The notes under the pieces: model-generated
What the model was told of the DNA's origin: nothing
What the model saw: the letters and a program-made list of their open reading frames with translations, nothing else
The model's database searches: none
Source of the DNA: an uncultured Gammaproteobacteria bacterium
GTDB taxonomy: Bacteria > Pseudomonadota > Gammaproteobacteria > UBA9214
Direction: 5' to 3'
DNA length: 64,000 nucleotides
Assembly: GCA_963748215.1 (NCBI GenBank)
Contig: CAVVHS010000008.1
Location: forward strand, 384,001 to 448,000
Program-made: the position numbers and the translations under genes
Shown: positions 9,719-19,653 of the stretch, one piece after another
Numbering within the stretch: the first letter of the stretch is position 1
How the letters are laid out: every line of letters starts with the position of its first letter

Positions 9719-12670
9719 CTATCCGATTCTGAATTTTGCCTTGTTGCTTTCATCCTGTTCTTCAGTAGCCTCCTGAATCTGGAAATTAAAATCCCGGTTC
9801 CCGGCAGGCTCCTGTATAAAATAGCCCTGCGCCATATCCACACCCAGCTCACAAAGGATCGCCAGGGCGGCCGAACTCTCGACACCTTCGGCAATGGTTA
9901 TGTAATTATTCTCCCTGGCCATCTTCATGATGGCAGCGACCTTCAACAGGCTTGCCCCCTTGCCCCTGATGCTCTCGATCAGACCACTGTCGATTTTCAG
10001 GTAGTACGCATGGATATGCTTGAGGTGCTGCAACTGGCATGACATCCGGTAGTGCTCGATGGCGATTTTACATCCGACCGCATTAATCGCCTTGGACAGC
10101 ATTGAAAAATTCTTGATATCACTTTGCAACAGATTTTCGGCAACCTCGAATACCAGCTGCGCCGGGTTTATCGCGTACTCCTTGATTTTGTGCATCATCC
10201 ATACTGGGAATTCCTGGTCGGCAACCGACTGCCCGGTAAGTTTTATAAACAACGTCATTGACTGACCGCGGTTATCGGCCATCATCTTCATGACATTCTC
10301 GATAATATAACGATCGACAGCCGCGGCAAGTCCGCATTTGCTTGCCATGGATATGAACTCGCCTGGCAGAATAACGCTCCCGCTTCCGTCAATGATCCTG
10401 ATCAGAATCTCGTATTGATTACCCTGCTCTCCCTTCAGGCTGGTAATTGGCTGGTAATAAATCCTGGCACGATGTTCGTCAAGTATTGCCCTGACCATCG
10501 CTTCATGATTGTCACCTGCACCCGTGCTGATTATATTGTCTGCCATCGCACTGCTGACCAGGACATGGTTACCACCGTATGACCTGGCCGCCTCGCAGGC
10601 GAGGTCGGCCCTTGCGATAACATCACCAGCGCCGCTATCGCTTTTCCTGACCGAACAGATTCCGATACTCACTGTCATCAGGACAGACCGCCCGTCATAT
10701 TCAAAAATCCGGCTTTCGATGGCCAGGCGTATCTTTTCGGCTTTTTCCTCTGTCTGTGCCAGGCTTTCCCCGCTGCATATCATGGCAAAGGTGCAATCGC
10801 CGAAGCGGGATACCACGTCATCCCCGCTACAGAAGGATGCGATGATTTCGGCAACATCCTTGATCACATGCTCGCTTTCCATGACACCGATTTCATCCCT
10901 GACCTGGATAAATTTGTCCAGCAGGATATACATGAGGTTGTGGCTGGAACTGGAACCGGAATCGCGGTTATCCGCGAGCAGAATGTCGAGATCTGCAATG
11001 AACCGGGCGCGATCGCTGACGCCGTCAACAGAATTCCGCTGCCGCCCTCCCTCTGCCGGACTGAGGGAAAGACCGGCTCCGGCTGCACCGGATAATGCAG
11101 GCTCATGCTGCCCGGAGCCCTGCCCTGAAGCAGACGTCGCGGATCCGGCTTTACCTGTCTCTGCCGTTGAAGCCTCGGACGTCCCCTCGCAATTATCCGG
11201 CTCGTCCTGCTTGTCTTCCGCCTGCCTGACCACCTCTCTCAGACTCGCGACCTCCTGCCTGAGTTGCTCGTGATCATGCAACTGTTCTGCAAGAATCTTC
11301 TGTTCTGTCCGCGAGCTATCCAGCATTGACTGGAGATCAGCCAGCTGTTCCTGCAGCGCCTTCTGCCGCTGTGCGTCCTCTTCCCCGAGACAGGCAGACT
11401 CTGTGGCTGCCTGCAAGGCACCACGCAAGCGCTCGTTCTCCGATTCAAGCTCGCTTGCCAGCCTTGCCTCGCTGTCAAGCGTCTGTATGCGCGCCTGTGC
11501 CGCCTTCAGTTCCTCCTCCAGATCATTTGATGCCCTGGCCTGGTTCCCCGCTTCCAGTGTCTCGTCCGACTGGATGTTTAATGATGTATTTACCTTCTCC
11601 AGCCTTGACCGCAGCAACTCGATTTCTTCCTGCTGATTTTTTTGTATCGCACGTTTCGAAATTGACGATTCATGCAGAGCGGTATTCAGTGCCTCCAGTT
11701 TTTCTGCATGCGCCGCCAGTTCATCGTGAGCCACACGCAGCATCTGCAGTTCAGCGCCAAAATCCGCAATTCGCGTATTCAGTTCTTCGCTGGCGTGCGC
11801 ATGTTGCTCGGCCTGCCTGTGCATCACTTCAGATTGAGACTCCAGCTCCTCCCGCAATCCTGACAGCTGCTGCCCAAGCCCCGAGATCTCACTTGTTTTT
11901 GACTGCAACTCGCCAGCCCGCTCATCAAGCTGACTGCGCAGACCGGCAATTTCACTGTTACGGTCTTCCAGCATTGCCTGCAGTTCATTCGATTCGTCCC
12001 TCGCCTTGTCGTACTGCGCCTGCAGCGCATTGAGCGCACCTTCCAGCCTGTCTCTTTCCTGTTCGAATTCCTGCCGGGCACACAGCGCCTCCGCAGCATG
12101 CTGCTCCAGAACACCGTTCTGCTCTTCGATGCGAGATGATAACCGAGCCAGTTCGTCGGCCCGCGCGATCGAAATACTTTCCTGTTCACGAGCCTTTTCC
12201 TGCAGCCGGTCACGCTCGGATTCAAGTTCGATGATCTTTTGACCGAGCTGTTCCGCTTCGCGGGAATATTCTTCCTCTCTCATGCGGCCTTTGCTGACCT
12301 CTGCATCCAGGGCAGCACGGATTGATTTGATGGCTTCGTCAAGTTCGCCGATTTTCGCGGAACGTTCCTCGTTTTGTTTGCGTGTTGTCTCGAGTTCGTA
12401 TAGTGCAGTGTTGAACGCTGCAGTGAACGCAGTGGCAGCATCCTGCAAATCAATGATCGAGGGTCTTTCAATTCCGGCTTCAGTATCCTGCGACTGTGCC
12501 TCCTCCGCTGGAGTCATGCCGGCAGGATGAACTCCCGCTTCCCCGCGATCTTCACGCCCTGTCATCCAGCCATTCCCGCCAGGCAGTGTGTTCGTTGAAT
12601 CGTCTTGCATCGCCATTGATCCCTGATTAAGGTTCCCGGAGCCATCGGTCCTTGAGGCTTCTCTTTGCAC
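9719..12670 (-). CDS. Long coiled-coil protein with degenerate GGDEF and EAL domains (FimX-like C-terminus); start uncertain
   Basis: About 450 aa of E/Q/L-rich heptad repeats. The GGDEF site reads RFGDCTF, the EAL site reads YEILIR, and DDFG is replaced by EHYR. Confidence 0.8.
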   Translation of the reverse strand: MQREASRTDGSGNLNQGSMAMQDDSTNTLPGGNGWMTGREDRGEAGVHPAGMTPAEEAQSQDTEAGIERPSIIDLQDAATAFTAAFNTALYELETTRKQNEERSAKIGELDEAIKSIRAALDAEVSKGRMREEEYSREAEQLGQKIIELESERDRLQEKAREQESISIARADELARLSSRIEEQNGVLEQHAAEALCARQEFEQERDRLEGALNALQAQYDKARDESNELQAMLEDRNSEIAGLRSQLDERAGELQSKTSEISGLGQQLSGLREELESQSEVMHRQAEQHAHASEELNTRIADFGAELQMLRVAHDELAAHAEKLEALNTALHESSISKRAIQKNQQEEIELLRSRLEKVNTSLNIQSDETLEAGNQARASNDLEEELKAAQARIQTLDSEARLASELESENERLRGALQAATESACLGEEDAQRQKALQEQLADLQSMLDSSRTEQKILAEQLHDHEQLRQEVASLREVVRQAEDKQDEPDNCEGTSEASTAETGKAGSATSASGQGSGQHEPALSGAAGAGLSLSPAEGGRQRNSVDGVSDRARFIADLDILLADNRDSGSSSSHNLMYILLDKFIQVRDEIGVMESEHVIKDVAEIIASFCSGDDVVSRFGDCTFAMICSGESLAQTEEKAEKIRLAIESRIFEYDGRSVLMTVSIGICSVRKSDSGAGDVIARADLACEAARSYGGNHVLVSSAMADNIISTGAGDNHEAMVRAILDEHRARIYYQPITSLKGEQGNQYEILIRIIDGSGSVILPGEFISMASKCGLAAAVDRYIIENVMKMMADNRGQSMTLFIKLTGQSVADQEFPVWMMHKIKEYAINPAQLVFEVAENLLQSDIKNFSMLSKAINAVGCKIAIEHYRMSCQLQHLKHIHAYYLKIDSGLIESIRGKGASLLKVAAIMKMARENNYITIAEGVESSAALAILCELGVDMAQGYFIQEPAGNRDFNFQIQEATEEQDESNKAKFRIG

Positions 12671-13421
12671 GGCAATGAGCCATCCCGGTCACGCCTCGGC
12701 CTGCACGCACCTGTTGGCCCGTCAGTTCACCGTATCGCGTACCCCGGCCTGTCTGGGGCACACTCAATCTGCCGTCCTGAAACATGTCGGCACAAAGCTG
12801 ATATGTTTTAACAATCAGCCGAATAGACGAAATGCAGCCGTTCAGGAAACGCTCCCGGTACTGACATACCGCAACGGGCGGATGATCTCCCTGACCCGGT
12901 CGTATGCACGGCAGCCATTCCCGGCAGCCCGGGCAAGCGCTCTGTCCGCAACCGAGCGCCATTAATGCGCCGGGATGAGGCATTCAGGCTGGCAAGCGGA
13001 ATTCACGAATTGACGTCGTGATCTGCGGATCTGCCGGCGGAATGACTGCCGGACGGGAGGTGATCGTCAACTTATTGACGTAAACACGCAATCAGGCTTT
13101 TACAAAGAAAAAAACGGCCGCCACCGTGACGCGGTACGAGAGGATGCATTGCCCACAGCGCCCGCACCAGGTACGCAGATCGTCGACACGCAGGAAATCC
13201 GGGCCCGGGCGAGTGCGTCCACTCGGAACCCGTGCAGTCCAGCCCCCCCGCCAGCCGCACCGTCCGAAACGATGAACAGCAGAGCGGATCTCCGCAAAGC
13301 CCGTCAGGCCAAAAAACAATATTTTCCTGATTATCAATATATTATTTGGCAATAACGGGCATTATCAGGCGTCTCCGGGAAGCTTTCGACAGGCAGCCGA
13401 CGGGATCGGCTGATGCGCGGC

Positions 13422-14027
13422 TCAGACCGTGCCATGCGCGACCAGGCTGAAGGCGCGGCTGCTGTCGGTGCGCAGGCGCGTGATACCGGCATTGGCGACA
13501 TGGATGCGGTACATGGCGACCGGCGGCATATCGAGCACTGCGGCGAGAATGGCACGGATCACGCCCGCATGCGCCACCACGAGCACCGTTTCTCCGGCAT
13601 GCCGCTCGAGCACGGCGTCGAAACCGGTGCGCACGCGCGCCAGGAAGGCATCCAGGGGCTCGGCGCCCGGCGGACGCTGGCCGACCGGGTCGCGCAGGAA
13701 ACGCTCCACCTGCCCCGGGTCCTGCTGCTCCAGTTCCGCCCGCGTATGCCCTTCCCATACCCCGAAGCCGACCTCCGCGAAGCGCGGCTCGGCCCGCAGC
13801 GGCATGCCGTGCCGCGTACAGAGTGCCTCGGCAAAGGCATGGCAGCGCAGCAAGGGTGAACTCACGACCTGCTGCCAGTGCGGCCGGCCCGCGACGGCGT
13901 CCCACATCTGCTGCCAGCCCCGCTCGCTGAGCGGGTCATCGCGCTGCCCGCGATAACGATTGCCACCGACCGGCTCGCCGTGGCGCAGCAACTCGATCAC
14001 GGTCTCACGCACCGCCGGCTCAGGCAT
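13422..14027 (-). CDS. Histidine phosphatase family protein (alpha-ribazole phosphatase CobC-like)
   Basis: LLRHGE, SSPLLRC, FGVWEG and VVAHAGVIR motifs. Confidence 0.8.
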   Translation of the reverse strand: MPEPAVRETVIELLRHGEPVGGNRYRGQRDDPLSERGWQQMWDAVAGRPHWQQVVSSPLLRCHAFAEALCTRHGMPLRAEPRFAEVGFGVWEGHTRAELEQQDPGQVERFLRDPVGQRPPGAEPLDAFLARVRTGFDAVLERHAGETVLVVAHAGVIRAILAAVLDMPPVAMYRIHVANAGITRLRTDSSRAFSLVAHGTV

Positions 14028-14580
14028 ACCGGCTACCGAGCCGCGCCCTGAACCCGTCCCAGTCGAAGGCGGGGCCGGGATCGGTCTTGCGTCCGGGGGC
14101 GATATCGCTGTGTCCGGCGATGGCCTGCCGGGACAGGCCGGGATAGGTCCGTACCAGCGCCTCCGTCACCGCGGCCAGGCGTTCGTACTGGACCGGCGCA
14201 TAAGGCTCGTCGTCCTGCCCCTCCAGTTCGATACCGATGGAAAAATCGTTACAGGCAGGCCGTCCGCCGAAGCACGATTCGCCGGCATGCCAGGCACGCT
14301 TGTCGAACGGCACATACTGGACCAGCTCGCCATCGCGGCGGATCAACAGGTGGCTGGATACCCTGAGGCAGGCGATCTCCCGGAAATAGGGGTGCCCGCC
14401 CGGATCGAGGCAGTTGGTGAACAGGCGGTCGATATCCGCGCCGCCGTAGCAGCCGGGCGGCAGGCTGATGCCGTGAATGACGATCAGCTCGGGCCTGCAA
14501 CCCGCCGGCCGTTCGTCGCAGTTCGGCGACTCAAGCTGGCGGGCGCCACGCAGGCGGTGTGTGACAGGATCTATTTCCAC
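14020..14580 (-). CDS. ampD: 1,6-anhydro-N-acetylmuramyl-L-alanine amidase
   Basis: IHGISLPPG, VSSH, RAWHAG, CNDFSIGIELEG and GHSDIAPGRKTDPG motifs. Confidence 0.95.
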   Translation of the reverse strand: MEIDPVTHRLRGARQLESPNCDERPAGCRPELIVIHGISLPPGCYGGADIDRLFTNCLDPGGHPYFREIACLRVSSHLLIRRDGELVQYVPFDKRAWHAGESCFGGRPACNDFSIGIELEGQDDEPYAPVQYERLAAVTEALVRTYPGLSRQAIAGHSDIAPGRKTDPGPAFDWDGFRARLGSRYA

Positions 14581-14756
14581 TGGGCGCAGCCCCTCGTCAT
14601 TCAGGCACGGGATAATATACCGCGTCTGCCGCAGCGATGAGCACCCCCGCAGGCATCCCGGGATTGCTGGCCTGCCGGCTGGCGGAGGGGTTTGACCCGC
14701 GGGCGGGCTGATCGGCTAGAATAGCCGCCTCTGATTGTTGCAGCCCCGGAGCCGCA

Positions 14757-15425
14757 GTGAACAAGCTACGTATCGTCCTCTGTATATCCCTGGTACTGGC
14801 CGGCAGCGCCCACGCCGAAACAAGCTATGTCAGCGACAGCCTGGAAATCACCATGCGCAGCGGCAAGGGCAACAGCTTCAGCATTACCCGCATGCTGTCC
14901 AGCGGCACACCCCTGGAGGTGCTGGAGGTCGACAAGGACGCGGGTTACACACGCGTGCGCACCAAGAGCGGCAAGGAAGGCTGGGTGCTGTCGCGCTACC
15001 TGATGAAGACCGAGGCGGCGCGCGATCGTCTGGCCAGCGCGGAAAAGAACCTCGCGGAAATGGAGCTGGAAAAGCGCAAGCTGGAAACCGCCATGGCGGC
15101 GTTGACCGGAGAAAAGAATGCGCTGGCGAAAGAACTCGAAGGGCTGAGCGGCCAGAATCGCAAGGTCAGCCAGGACCTGGCGGAGATCAAGCGCACCGCG
15201 TCCAGCGCGCTGGCCATCGACTCCGAGAACAAGGACCTGAAATCCCGGGTCGTGTCACTGGAACGCGACATGCAGACGCTGCAGCAGGAGAACGAGGGTC
15301 TGCGCGACCGCACCGCCCGCGACTGGTTCATGGTCGGTGCCGGTGTGGTACTGCTTGGCATCATCGTCGGCCTGATCATTCCGCGCATCCGCTGGCGCAA
15401 GAAATCGAGCTGGGATACGTTCTGA
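14757..15425 (+). CDS. SH3-domain membrane protein (YgiM/TIGR04211-like)
   Basis: Signal peptide, YVSD..MRSG SH3 domain, coiled coil and a C-terminal TM segment WFMVGAGV..GLIIP. Confidence 0.85.
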   Translation: MNKLRIVLCISLVLAGSAHAETSYVSDSLEITMRSGKGNSFSITRMLSSGTPLEVLEVDKDAGYTRVRTKSGKEGWVLSRYLMKTEAARDRLASAEKNLAEMELEKRKLETAMAALTGEKNALAKELEGLSGQNRKVSQDLAEIKRTASSALAIDSENKDLKSRVVSLERDMQTLQQENEGLRDRTARDWFMVGAGVVLLGIIVGLIIPRIRWRKKSSWDTF

Positions 15426-15435
15426 GCGGCAGCGG

Positions 15436-17115
15436 TTACTCGTCCGTTACACAACCTTCCGAGGCATTCTTCACCAGCCTGATATATTTCCGAAGCGTGC
15501 CACGTTCCGCCTTGTAGGGTGGCATCTGCCAGGCCGACCGGCGCTGCTCCAGCTCGGCATCACTGACGCCGACGGTCAACGCCCTGGTCCCGGCATCGAT
15601 GGTGATGACATCGCCGTCGCGGACCAGGGCGATCGGCCCGCCTTCCTGGGCCTCGGGCACGATATGCCCGATGATGAAGCCGTGCGAACCGCCGGAGAAA
15701 CGCCCGTCGGTCAGCAGCGCCACGTCGTTGCCCAGCCCCGCGCCCATGATGGCCGAGGTCGGGGTCAGCATCTCCGGCATGCCCGGACCGCCCTTCGGCC
15801 CCTCGTAGCGGATCACCACCACATCACCCTTGACGATGCGCCCCGCTTCCAGCGCCTTGAGCATGTCTTCCTCGGCATCGAACACCTTCGCCGGACCGCT
15901 GAAGTACAGGCCTTCCTTGCCGGTGATCTTGGCGACCGAACCGCCCGGCGCCAGGTTGCCCTTGAGTATCTGGATGTGACCGCTGGACTTGATCGGGTCT
16001 GACAGGGCGTGAAACACATTCTGTCCCGCCTTCAGACCTGGCAGATTGCGCAGGTTTTCCGCAACGGTCAGGCCGGTCACGGTCAGGCAGTCACCGTTCA
16101 GCAGACCTTCGTCAAGCAGGTATTTCATCACTGCCGGGGTGCCGCCGACGTTGTGCAGGTCCTCCATCACGTATTTTCCGCTGGGCTTGAGATCGGCCAG
16201 GAAGGGAATGCGGTCGCTGACAGCCTGGAAGTCGTCGATGCCAAGCGGCACGTTCACGGCGCGCGCCATGGCGATCAGGTGCAGCACGGCATTGGTCGAG
16301 CCACCCGTGGCCATGATGATGACCATGGCATTCTCGAAGGCCTCGCGCGTCATGATGTCGCGCGGCTTGATGTCTTTTTCCAGCAGGTTGAGGACCGACC
16401 TGCCGGCGCTGTAGCACTCGGCCAGCTTGCCCGGATCCACCGCAGGTGTGGAGGAACTGTACGGCAGGGACATGCCCATTGCCTCGATGGCGGACGCCAT
16501 GGTGTTGGCCGTGTACATGCCGCCACAGGCACCCGCTCCGGGACAGGCGTGGTCGACGATGTTGCGGCGCGTGTCCTCGTCGATCTTGCCGGCAATGAAC
16601 TCGCCGTAGCTCTGGAACGCGGACACGATGTCCAGCGTCTGGTTGTGGTAGTGACCGGGCTTGATGGTGCCGCCATAGATCATCAGCGCCGGACGGTTGA
16701 GGCGGCCCATGGCAATCAGGCAACCCGGCATGTTCTTGTCGCAGCCCGGCAGGGAAATATTCGCGTCGTACCACTGCGCGCTCATAACGGTTTCGATGGA
16801 ATCCGCGATCAGATCGCGCGACTGCAAGGAGTAACTCATGCCCTCGGTACCCATGGAGATACCGTCGCTGACACCGATGGTATTGAAGCGCATGCCGACC
16901 AGCCCCGCATCGACCACGCCTTCTCGCACTTTCGCGGCCAGGTCGTTGAGATGCATGTTGCAGGTATTGCCTTCGTACCAGACACTGGCGATGCCCACCT
17001 GCGCCTTGTCCATGTCGGCTTCCGTCAGCCCCGTGCCATGCAGCATGGCTTGCGATGCGCCCTGTGACTTGGGTTGCGTGATGCGTGAACTGTAGCGGTT
17101 CAGCGACTTGGTCAT
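15436..17115 (-). CDS. ilvD: Dihydroxy-acid dehydratase
   Basis: [43 protein letters not shown] and TDGRFSG motifs. Confidence 0.97.
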   Translation of the reverse strand: MTKSLNRYSSRITQPKSQGASQAMLHGTGLTEADMDKAQVGIASVWYEGNTCNMHLNDLAAKVREGVVDAGLVGMRFNTIGVSDGISMGTEGMSYSLQSRDLIADSIETVMSAQWYDANISLPGCDKNMPGCLIAMGRLNRPALMIYGGTIKPGHYHNQTLDIVSAFQSYGEFIAGKIDEDTRRNIVDHACPGAGACGGMYTANTMASAIEAMGMSLPYSSSTPAVDPGKLAECYSAGRSVLNLLEKDIKPRDIMTREAFENAMVIIMATGGSTNAVLHLIAMARAVNVPLGIDDFQAVSDRIPFLADLKPSGKYVMEDLHNVGGTPAVMKYLLDEGLLNGDCLTVTGLTVAENLRNLPGLKAGQNVFHALSDPIKSSGHIQILKGNLAPGGSVAKITGKEGLYFSGPAKVFDAEEDMLKALEAGRIVKGDVVVIRYEGPKGGPGMPEMLTPTSAIMGAGLGNDVALLTDGRFSGGSHGFIIGHIVPEAQEGGPIALVRDGDVITIDAGTRALTVGVSDAELEQRRSAWQMPPYKAERGTLRKYIRLVKNASEGCVTDE

Positions 17116-17381
17116 GCTTTGCTCCGGTCGTATCAGACGGTAAGGGTGGCGGCTGACTGCTAACTATACAGAGGGACCGGCCGGCCCTGAAACAGGCAAT
17201 TGCCTGACTGCCGGACACTTCTGCCACAGGGCTGCAGGACCCACGCCGGTCATCACAGGCCTTCGGCTGTTATCACAGGCAACGAGAATAACCGACCAAT
17301 ACGTCAAAACATTGTCGCACAACATATCACATTTATATTTTAATTCAGCAGCTTATATGCATCGAAGTGCTGAAAAAGCGC

Positions 17382-17410
17382 TTGCAACCGGCCACGCGCG
17401 GGGGTAGCAT
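17382..17410 (+). promoter_or_regulatory. Sigma70-type promoter upstream of a small ORF
   Basis: TTGCAA-17 bp-TAGCAT. Confidence 0.5.
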
Positions 17411-17459
17411 ATAAGCAGTTGCTTATTTTACGATGTTCTTAACATCGAGGAGGTGCGAC

Positions 17460-17612
17460 ATGTACTTCGACAACCTGAGTCTGCTTTCACTGCTGGTGTT
17501 TCTGATCGCGCTGGGCGCATTCGTGTATTCGTGCCTGTACCGTAATTGCATCACGAACACCCACGGTTCCGGCGCGCGCAAGGACGATGCAAATGACCGG
17601 GAACAGCTGTAG
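17460..17612 (+). CDS. 50-aa single-TM small protein (below the ORF-track cutoff)
   Basis: MYFDNLSLLSLLVFLIALGAFVYSCLYRNCITNTHGSGARKDDANDREQL, with a strong GAGGAGGT RBS just upstream. Confidence 0.65.
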   Translation: MYFDNLSLLSLLVFLIALGAFVYSCLYRNCITNTHGSGARKDDANDREQL

Positions 17613-17820
17613 CTGGCGTGCCGTGAACAACGCCCGCATGCAGCGTGCGACCCGTCATAGTGCTGCCGCGCGGGACGGCATACAGGCCTCACCGGTGTAC
17701 CGCCAGGCAGCCTTGCCGGGCGATGCGCCGGTTCCATTGCCCGTGTTCAGGCAGACGCTGCAGGGCACCGGACCGGGAGCGCAACCGCGCACCCACGACT
17801 GAAGCACAGGAACCGCCACC

Positions 17821-18510
17821 ATGGAAATCCGTCAACTGTACGATGATACCAGTTCCACATTCAGCTACCTGCTATGGGATGATGCCAGTCGCGAGGCGGC
17901 GCTCATCGACCCGGTCCATGAAATGGCCCGGCGTGATATCCACCTGGTATGGCAACTCGGCCTGAAACTCAGGTACACGCTGGAAACCCATGTCCACACC
18001 GATCACGTGACCGGCTCGGGCTACCTGAGGCAGGTTTTCAATTCCATTGTGGTGGTGCACGAGGATAGCCTCGCCAGGTGCGCCGACGTGCTGGTCAAGG
18101 ACGGTGACTTCATACCGCTCGGCAACGACAGGCTGAACATCCTTCACACTCCCGGCCACACCAACAGCGATATCTGTTATTCGATTCCAGGCGCGGTATT
18201 CACCGGCGATACCCTGCTGGTCAATGGCTGTGGACGCACCGACTACCAGTCCGGCGACGCCGGACTGCTGTATGACTCGATCGTACAACGCCTGTTCACC
18301 CTCCCGGATGAAACGGTTGTGTATCCCGGCCACGGTCTGGCAGATCGAATGTCATCCACCATCGGCAAGGAAAAAACCGCCAACGGCCGCATCGGCAACG
18401 GCGTGGGTCGCGAACGTTTCGTCGCGGTCATGAACAGCCTGAAGCTGGATCCGCCCGAACGCATCCACGAGGCGTTGCCTTCCAATCTGCGTTGCGGGAC
18501 CTATGCCTGA
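17821..18510 (+). CDS. MBL-fold persulfide dioxygenase (ETHE1/Sdo-like)
   Basis: ETHVHTDH, HTPGHT, FTGDTLL..GCGRTD and VYPGH motifs, plus C-terminal NLRCG. Confidence 0.8.
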   Translation: MEIRQLYDDTSSTFSYLLWDDASREAALIDPVHEMARRDIHLVWQLGLKLRYTLETHVHTDHVTGSGYLRQVFNSIVVVHEDSLARCADVLVKDGDFIPLGNDRLNILHTPGHTNSDICYSIPGAVFTGDTLLVNGCGRTDYQSGDAGLLYDSIVQRLFTLPDETVVYPGHGLADRMSSTIGKEKTANGRIGNGVGRERFVAVMNSLKLDPPERIHEALPSNLRCGTYA

Positions 18511-18651
18511 AGCGGCAACGCACAGGCCAGCTGCCAGGTATATACCTGCAAACTGCCAACTGACCCGAAGGAACCCGCTGCGTAGCCGAACCTGGCTGAC
18601 AGGGGATTCAAGCACTACAACCGGGGCAACCACCCTGCTCTGCACGAGGCA

Positions 18652-18746
18652 GTGAAAACGCCACCGGCTAAAGGCGGTGGCTGCGGGTTATGGCTATAAA
18701 GCCGGATCGATCGGCCATACAGACGGGTTAACCCCCTTCTCAGGGG
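18652..18746 (-). mobile_element. Possible orphan IS200/IS605-type end
   Basis: Hairpin gccaccg-gctaaagg-cggtggc followed by GTTTTCAC on the minus strand, with further hairpins nearby. No transposase is present. Confidence 0.3.
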
Positions 18747-18865
18747 AACGCCGGGGAACGGGAATAGAATGCCGGGCGCGCCCTGTGCAAGTGTGCGAAC
18801 AGCGCACCCTGCGATCATATGAACACCTTTTGCGACACCCTCCGCAAGAAGACGGGGCGCATTTA

Positions 18866-19303
18866 CTTTTTCCGTGTCTTTCCGTGGATTCAGTGGTCGT
18901 TATTTTTGTAGGGTGCACTCTGTGCACCGCTGCCGGTGCGTAGAACGCACCCTACGTGTTTGGTTCCGTATCCTTGTGTGGATTTCGTGGCCATTATCCA
19001 TCGCGCATTCCCATACATCTGAAGACTGCCCCCCCTGAAGGTCGCGCCTGGCTCGACAACTGCTCCTGCGTTGCTCTCGGCTCTGGCATGGCCCAGGCCA
19101 GCCTCTCGACCCGGGCTATGCCCGTACAAATGGTCTCAGCTTCTCCATGTAGTCGTGCATCCCTGCAGTCGTGCGCTCCTGCAGCAATAGACACCTCCTT
19201 CATCTTCAATACATCCCGCATTTGATATTCCCTTGTCATTCCGTGTGCTTCCGTGGCCATTCAGCATCGCAGCCGATATTCACATTTCATGATTCACGTC
19301 TCA
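18866..19303. repeat. Mosaic repeat block (TTCCGTG multimers, REP doublet, nested mini-elements)
   Basis: ttccgtgtctttccgtggattc, gtagggtgcactctgtgcacc..gcaccctac (18908-18955), and a segment shared with 44222-44290. Confidence 0.8.
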
Positions 19304-19653
19304 CTCTGACCTGCACAGAGTCGTCCATCACCTGAAGGCGAGAGCGTTACGGATCCCCGTATACGGGGACTCCAGGCATCATGAAAGAGATACGCCAGCG
19401 GCACGGCGTGGCGTTGCTGTTCAGCCTGTTCTGTATCGTGGCGCGCATCAAGGTCACCCAGTCCGGCCTGTTCTGCCAGGCACCGGAAAACGCCCAATCC
19501 TGCACGCTTGACACGCCCCGGTCCTCGCGGCCTGACACGGTCCGTTGCCTTCAAGTCCCCGCCCTCCCGGCCGATCCTTTCGAGGATGTCTCCCTGCACG
19601 GGAAATATCCCGAACACCCCATTTCCGGATCAGTCAGGGAGCCACACCAGCGC

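Noticed and set aside
13250-13312. c-di-GMP-I riboswitch-like words (ccgtccgaaacgatg..cgcaaagc)
   Set aside because: Lacks the GCAAACC and GGGACGC core and the correct spacing, and faces away from the c-di-GMP gene.
18549-18650. SRP RNA, 6S RNA or SAH riboswitch
   Set aside because: Only short word matches; diagnostic cores such as CAGGTCCGGAAGGAAGCAG or GAGGAGCG are missing.
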